Assembly (NCBI GenBank): GCA_949439935.1 | Contig: CASRZA010000001.1 | Span: 1,391 to 65,390, forward strand | Reading direction: 5' to 3' | DNA length: 64,000 nucleotides | Origin: an uncultured Bacilli bacterium | GTDB lineage: Bacteria > Bacillota_I > Bacilli_A > RF39 > UBA660 | Shown: in pieces, positions 60,556 to 64,000 of the stretch | Numbering within the stretch: the first letter of the stretch is position 1 | Layout: each line of letters opens with the position of its first letter | Made by a program: the position numbers and the translations under genes | Notes under the pieces: generated by a model | The model's input: the letters and a program-made list of their open reading frames with translations, nothing else | What the model was told of the DNA's origin: nothing | Databases searched by the model: none

Positions 60556-63500
60556 TTAAATATTAATTCCATCTTGACTATTTAAATGACTATTTTCCAA
60601 GGTTAAAACATATTCCCCTAAAACTTTTTTCATTTTACGGTATCCTTCTTCACTCATATTATCTACAAAATTATCATGTAAATATGAAGATTTCTGTACA
60701 CCTAAGTGGTTTTCTCCAAAATCCCAAATAGGGTATGCATTTTTAAATTCGTAAAACGACATATCCTTAGATGCTTCAATAAAAGACAGGGCAGCTTCAT
60801 ACAATGAACCACCATTTTGAAGAATCCAATTCTCGACTCCGACACCTCCGAGACCGCCCTGTGGCTTCGCACTTCTTGCCGATTTATAAACTTTGGCTCC
60901 TTTTAATAATTTCTTTGCCATTACTATATTAGCAAGTACAGCATAATACTTTTCTTCATCCTTTTTTCGTATCGTTTCAAGCCTATCTTCGACGCACATG
61001 TCGGTGGAATAATTGATCTTATTAGTCTTTCTAACAAAAGTTATATCGATATCCAATGGTGTATCGCCCAATTGTACACCAGTCAACCTAAAATCTCCAT
61101 CGCCTGTAATTTCATTAGAGCTATTTGTTTTATTAAATCTTTCTAATAGTCTGTATTTAATTTTATCCATAAGCGCCGAATCAAATATAGCCCTATCTAT
61201 TCTCATCATGAAATCGAAGTCATTTTCTCCCACTATACCAGTACCACGTCTAGACGAACCAGTTTCACACAGTTCCACATTATTGTTGTCCAGCTTGCCA
61301 GTTATGGTATCGGTGACACTTAAGCCAAATTCACTTAAAACTTCTCCTATTTCTCTATAGATCAATTTTCTCTTATTAGCGACTTCGTGTTGATAACCCT
61401 TGATTTCTCCACATATTGCCTCGTCGATACCTCGATCTAAATTTTGTGAAAACTCATAATTATTTTCTCCACAATATGATAAGCCAGCCATTTTAGAACG
61501 CAATAAATCATAATCAGTAGGAGAGAAAACCAACTTTCTTTTCATGTTGAATACAGGAATATAAAAACCATTTAAAGCGATCTCCAATCCTATACGCGGG
61601 TCATAACTTTGCACTAAGAAACTGTCGATCTCGCTTGAAGAAAAGCCCGTTCTTATGCCACAATGTTCTTCCTCTCGTCCATATCTGTGGAATAATTCCA
61701 ATTTGCTAAAATCACATTTTTTATAAAAAGGTTCTTGAGGATAGGTATCTATAAATCTGTCATCTTTTTTAAGTACTATCCAAATAGGTCCATAGTCTTT
61801 GGCAATAAGTTTCGAAATATCGATATCTCCGTTCATATCTTCTAAAACCATCGAAACATCAGTATCGAATGGAGTTGAATCGGACGTTGCCGCGTCATTC
61901 AAGAACTCTTTTGCCACGACTCCATTTTGCAATAAATAAGAAAGATAATTTATATCATTGAGTCCCTTAATCATGTCTCCCTTTTTAATTACTAATTCCT
62001 TCGTCGACGCTTCACGATTACGGCAATCTGCACTGTATACCTTATCATGCATATATTTTTTGACGCTTTCTAAAGTATCGACTCCACTAAAATGGCAAAA
62101 CATCTTTACTATTCTATCTGAAAGACTATAGTCTAGCGATCCATCCTTAGAAAACAGGCCTTTTAGTTTATGAACGTTTTCAACTGTGTTTTTGCCAAAA
62201 ATATTCTCTGAACTCGCTTTTCCCTTTCGAGTATTATAATACAGTCTTATTAAGTGGTCACAAAAAATATCTAAAATTTTCTTATCTTCAACGGATAAAG
62301 CGTCATATGAAATTTCTTTGCTTAATATTTTATTAAACAACTGCTCTCCATTTTCAATATTTGATATGAAATCTTTCAGCGATCTATTATTTGAACCGAG
62401 CGCAGCCTTCAATAAGTCTGCAAAAATGACAGTTTGTATCCCGTTTTGTGAGAGACTCGTAAAAGATGGTAAATCGCCGTCTACATGTGGATGCATTAGC
62501 TCGAATACTTTATATATTTTCCCGACAAAGGGTAAATTGTTTCTTAAGAATATTTTCTCGACTTTTTCTAAATCGCTTATGGGATTAGAACTCTTCAACA
62601 ATAGACGGAAAAAGTAACATACTTGACTATATATTTCGCTCGAACTCGATATTTTCATTCTTGCAAATATGTCGTTTCCTAAACTGATTACATGCAAAAG
62701 GGTTTCCTTTGAAAGATTCTCAACTTCCAATTTTAAAAGATGGAATTTAATTTCTCGCCAAAATTCGCACGATTCCTCATCTAACCAGAAGATAGTACCA
62801 AAAATCTCATCTAGGCTAAGTCTTTTCAAGTAGGGTTTATAATATTTATAAGATAAAATCAATTTCCTTTTTTTCAAACTCTCATCGAGCCAAAAGATAA
62901 ATTCTTCATTTTTTTCCTCGATTAAAGCATCGTAGTCTTCCTCTTCAAGATTTTTCACGAGGCCAGTATAATTGAAAAAATTTAACCTTTTTCTTAACGG
63001 ATGCCTAACCAAAATTCTCGACTCTTCGACCGTATATACTCTATAGCTATACTTTTCAAATATATCGGGAGGAAAAGAATACAACATGTCAAAAAATTCT
63101 CTAATCGACAATTCCGATTCTTTTCTATCACAAAAATCACTTAAAATATAAGAATATCCTTGTCTTAAGATAAAGCGAATCGTTTCAAAATCCTTTTCAC
63201 TAAAGAGTTTATCACATAGGATTATCAAAAGTTCTCTAGAAAGCGTAGAAGACTTCCAACTTATTTTATTCGTTAAATCCATTGCCAAAGAAAGATTAGA
63301 ATCGTACTTTTCAAATAAAAGTGAAGGAAGATATTCAAAATGACTTAAATCTTCAAATTCTAAAGTTTTTACATAATCCAAAAGTTCTTCTTTACTTTTT
63401 TCCTCGAATAAGCCCTTATAAAAAATGCCATCTAACAAATACCTATGTTGAAGCCATCCCTCTAGTTTCCAATTTTTAAATTTTTCATTATTCTCATTGT

Positions 63501-63960
63501 CCAAGTCGAACAAAAGTCCATCGTCAATTTTTTTGATATTAAAAACACAACCTGCATACTCACTAAAGCTTAATCTAGAAACGATAGGATGTCTCATAAA
63601 GACAGAGTATTCCTGAATATCGCTATTTTCACACAAAACGGCATATTTTATAAAAGAATCCGGCAACGCATTTACAAACGTTAAATACTCTTCATAAGGC
63701 ATAGAATTTTTTCTTCTGTTGCAAGCTTTTTGAAAAGCCCAAATACCATTATTACCATTCATCATTTCTTCCAACGTTTTATAGTCTTTTTTTACCAAAA
63801 GCATTTCGAAATAAACACTCAGAATAACTTCGTTCAAATAAGGTTTTGGAAACCCATCGATAAATTCCATCACTTGTGTTCTCGAATCGCCACTCATACG
63901 TTCAATACATCTGTCTTCAAAATCATAAACAGCAGGATAAAATTGCTCGATTAAAATCAT
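60556..63960 (-). CDS. large protein with C-terminal Pol-beta-type nucleotidyltransferase domain; N-terminus may lie beyond the window edge
   Basis: NTase signature GSSRRGTGIVGENDFDFMMRID plus a downstream DIDITF acidic motif. It contains internal ~70-aa duplicated modules. The frame stays open to the window end. Confidence 0.5.
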   Translation of the reverse strand: MILIEQFYPAVYDFEDRCIERMSGDSRTQVMEFIDGFPKPYLNEVILSVYFEMLLVKKDYKTLEEMMNGNNGIWAFQKACNRRKNSMPYEEYLTFVNALPDSFIKYAVLCENSDIQEYSVFMRHPIVSRLSFSEYAGCVFNIKKIDDGLLFDLDNENNEKFKNWKLEGWLQHRYLLDGIFYKGLFEEKSKEELLDYVKTLEFEDLSHFEYLPSLLFEKYDSNLSLAMDLTNKISWKSSTLSRELLIILCDKLFSEKDFETIRFILRQGYSYILSDFCDRKESELSIREFFDMLYSFPPDIFEKYSYRVYTVEESRILVRHPLRKRLNFFNYTGLVKNLEEEDYDALIEEKNEEFIFWLDESLKKRKLILSYKYYKPYLKRLSLDEIFGTIFWLDEESCEFWREIKFHLLKLEVENLSKETLLHVISLGNDIFARMKISSSSEIYSQVCYFFRLLLKSSNPISDLEKVEKIFLRNNLPFVGKIYKVFELMHPHVDGDLPSFTSLSQNGIQTVIFADLLKAALGSNNRSLKDFISNIENGEQLFNKILSKEISYDALSVEDKKILDIFCDHLIRLYYNTRKGKASSENIFGKNTVENVHKLKGLFSKDGSLDYSLSDRIVKMFCHFSGVDTLESVKKYMHDKVYSADCRNREASTKELVIKKGDMIKGLNDINYLSYLLQNGVVAKEFLNDAATSDSTPFDTDVSMVLEDMNGDIDISKLIAKDYGPIWIVLKKDDRFIDTYPQEPFYKKCDFSKLELFHRYGREEEHCGIRTGFSSSEIDSFLVQSYDPRIGLEIALNGFYIPVFNMKRKLVFSPTDYDLLRSKMAGLSYCGENNYEFSQNLDRGIDEAICGEIKGYQHEVANKRKLIYREIGEVLSEFGLSVTDTITGKLDNNNVELCETGSSRRGTGIVGENDFDFMMRIDRAIFDSALMDKIKYRLLERFNKTNSSNEITGDGDFRLTGVQLGDTPLDIDITFVRKTNKINYSTDMCVEDRLETIRKKDEEKYYAVLANIVMAKKLLKGAKVYKSARSAKPQGGLGGVGVENWILQNGGSLYEAALSFIEASKDMSFYEFKNAYPIWDFGENHLGVQKSSYLHDNFVDNMSEEGYRKMKKVLGEYVLTLENSHLNSQDGINI

Positions 63961-64000
63961 GACACTCTCATAATCGCAATTGTCAATTAGACTATTTATG

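Noticed and set aside
1-64000. CRISPR arrays, tRNA, rRNA and tmRNA genes
   Set aside because: I saw no regularly spaced direct repeats with unique spacers. I found no GGTTCGA(A/T)TCC-type T-arm with a CCA-adjacent acceptor stem, and no rRNA-like conserved blocks. I cannot exclude small structured RNAs without covariance-model searches.

Overview
Low-GC (~30%) chromosomal segment from a spore-forming Firmicute, probably a clostridial-type genome; gerQ- and cwlD-like genes are present. The first ~13 kb and last ~19 kb are ordinary core genome. The core genes are addB-addA, prfB with its programmed +1 frameshift, a YitT-type membrane protein, a DUF2207 membrane protein, htrA, a ClpC-like AAA+ ATPase, cysS and typA/bipA. 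A spore-coat GerQ homologue and a membrane/lipoprotein cluster also sit in the core part. The region from ~13.3 to ~45.5 kb is an accessory, defense-rich island. It contains a gene fragmented by homopolymer frameshifts, a CwlD-like amidase, an Abi_2 abortive-infection gene, a truncated SF1-helicase remnant and a four-gene Wadjet (JetABCD/MksBEFG-like) SMC-Toprim operon. Its most striking part is an Amidase_3-LysM cell-wall amidase gene cut into three pieces by two separate insertions, each carrying its own large serine recombinase, in the manner of sporulation-gene 'skin'-type intervening elements. The larger insertion (~13.4 kb) carries an IS with 26-bp direct repeats and a Hachiman-like nuclease+helicase pair. 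It also carries a Fic protein, a type II R-M pair (C5-MTase plus convergent putative REase), small regulators and three unknown genes. The smaller insertion (~3.2 kb) carries a HAD hydrolase, an RHH-like mini-gene inside a field of TAGGATGA iterons, and its recombinase. I found no tRNA or rRNA genes and no CRISPR array.
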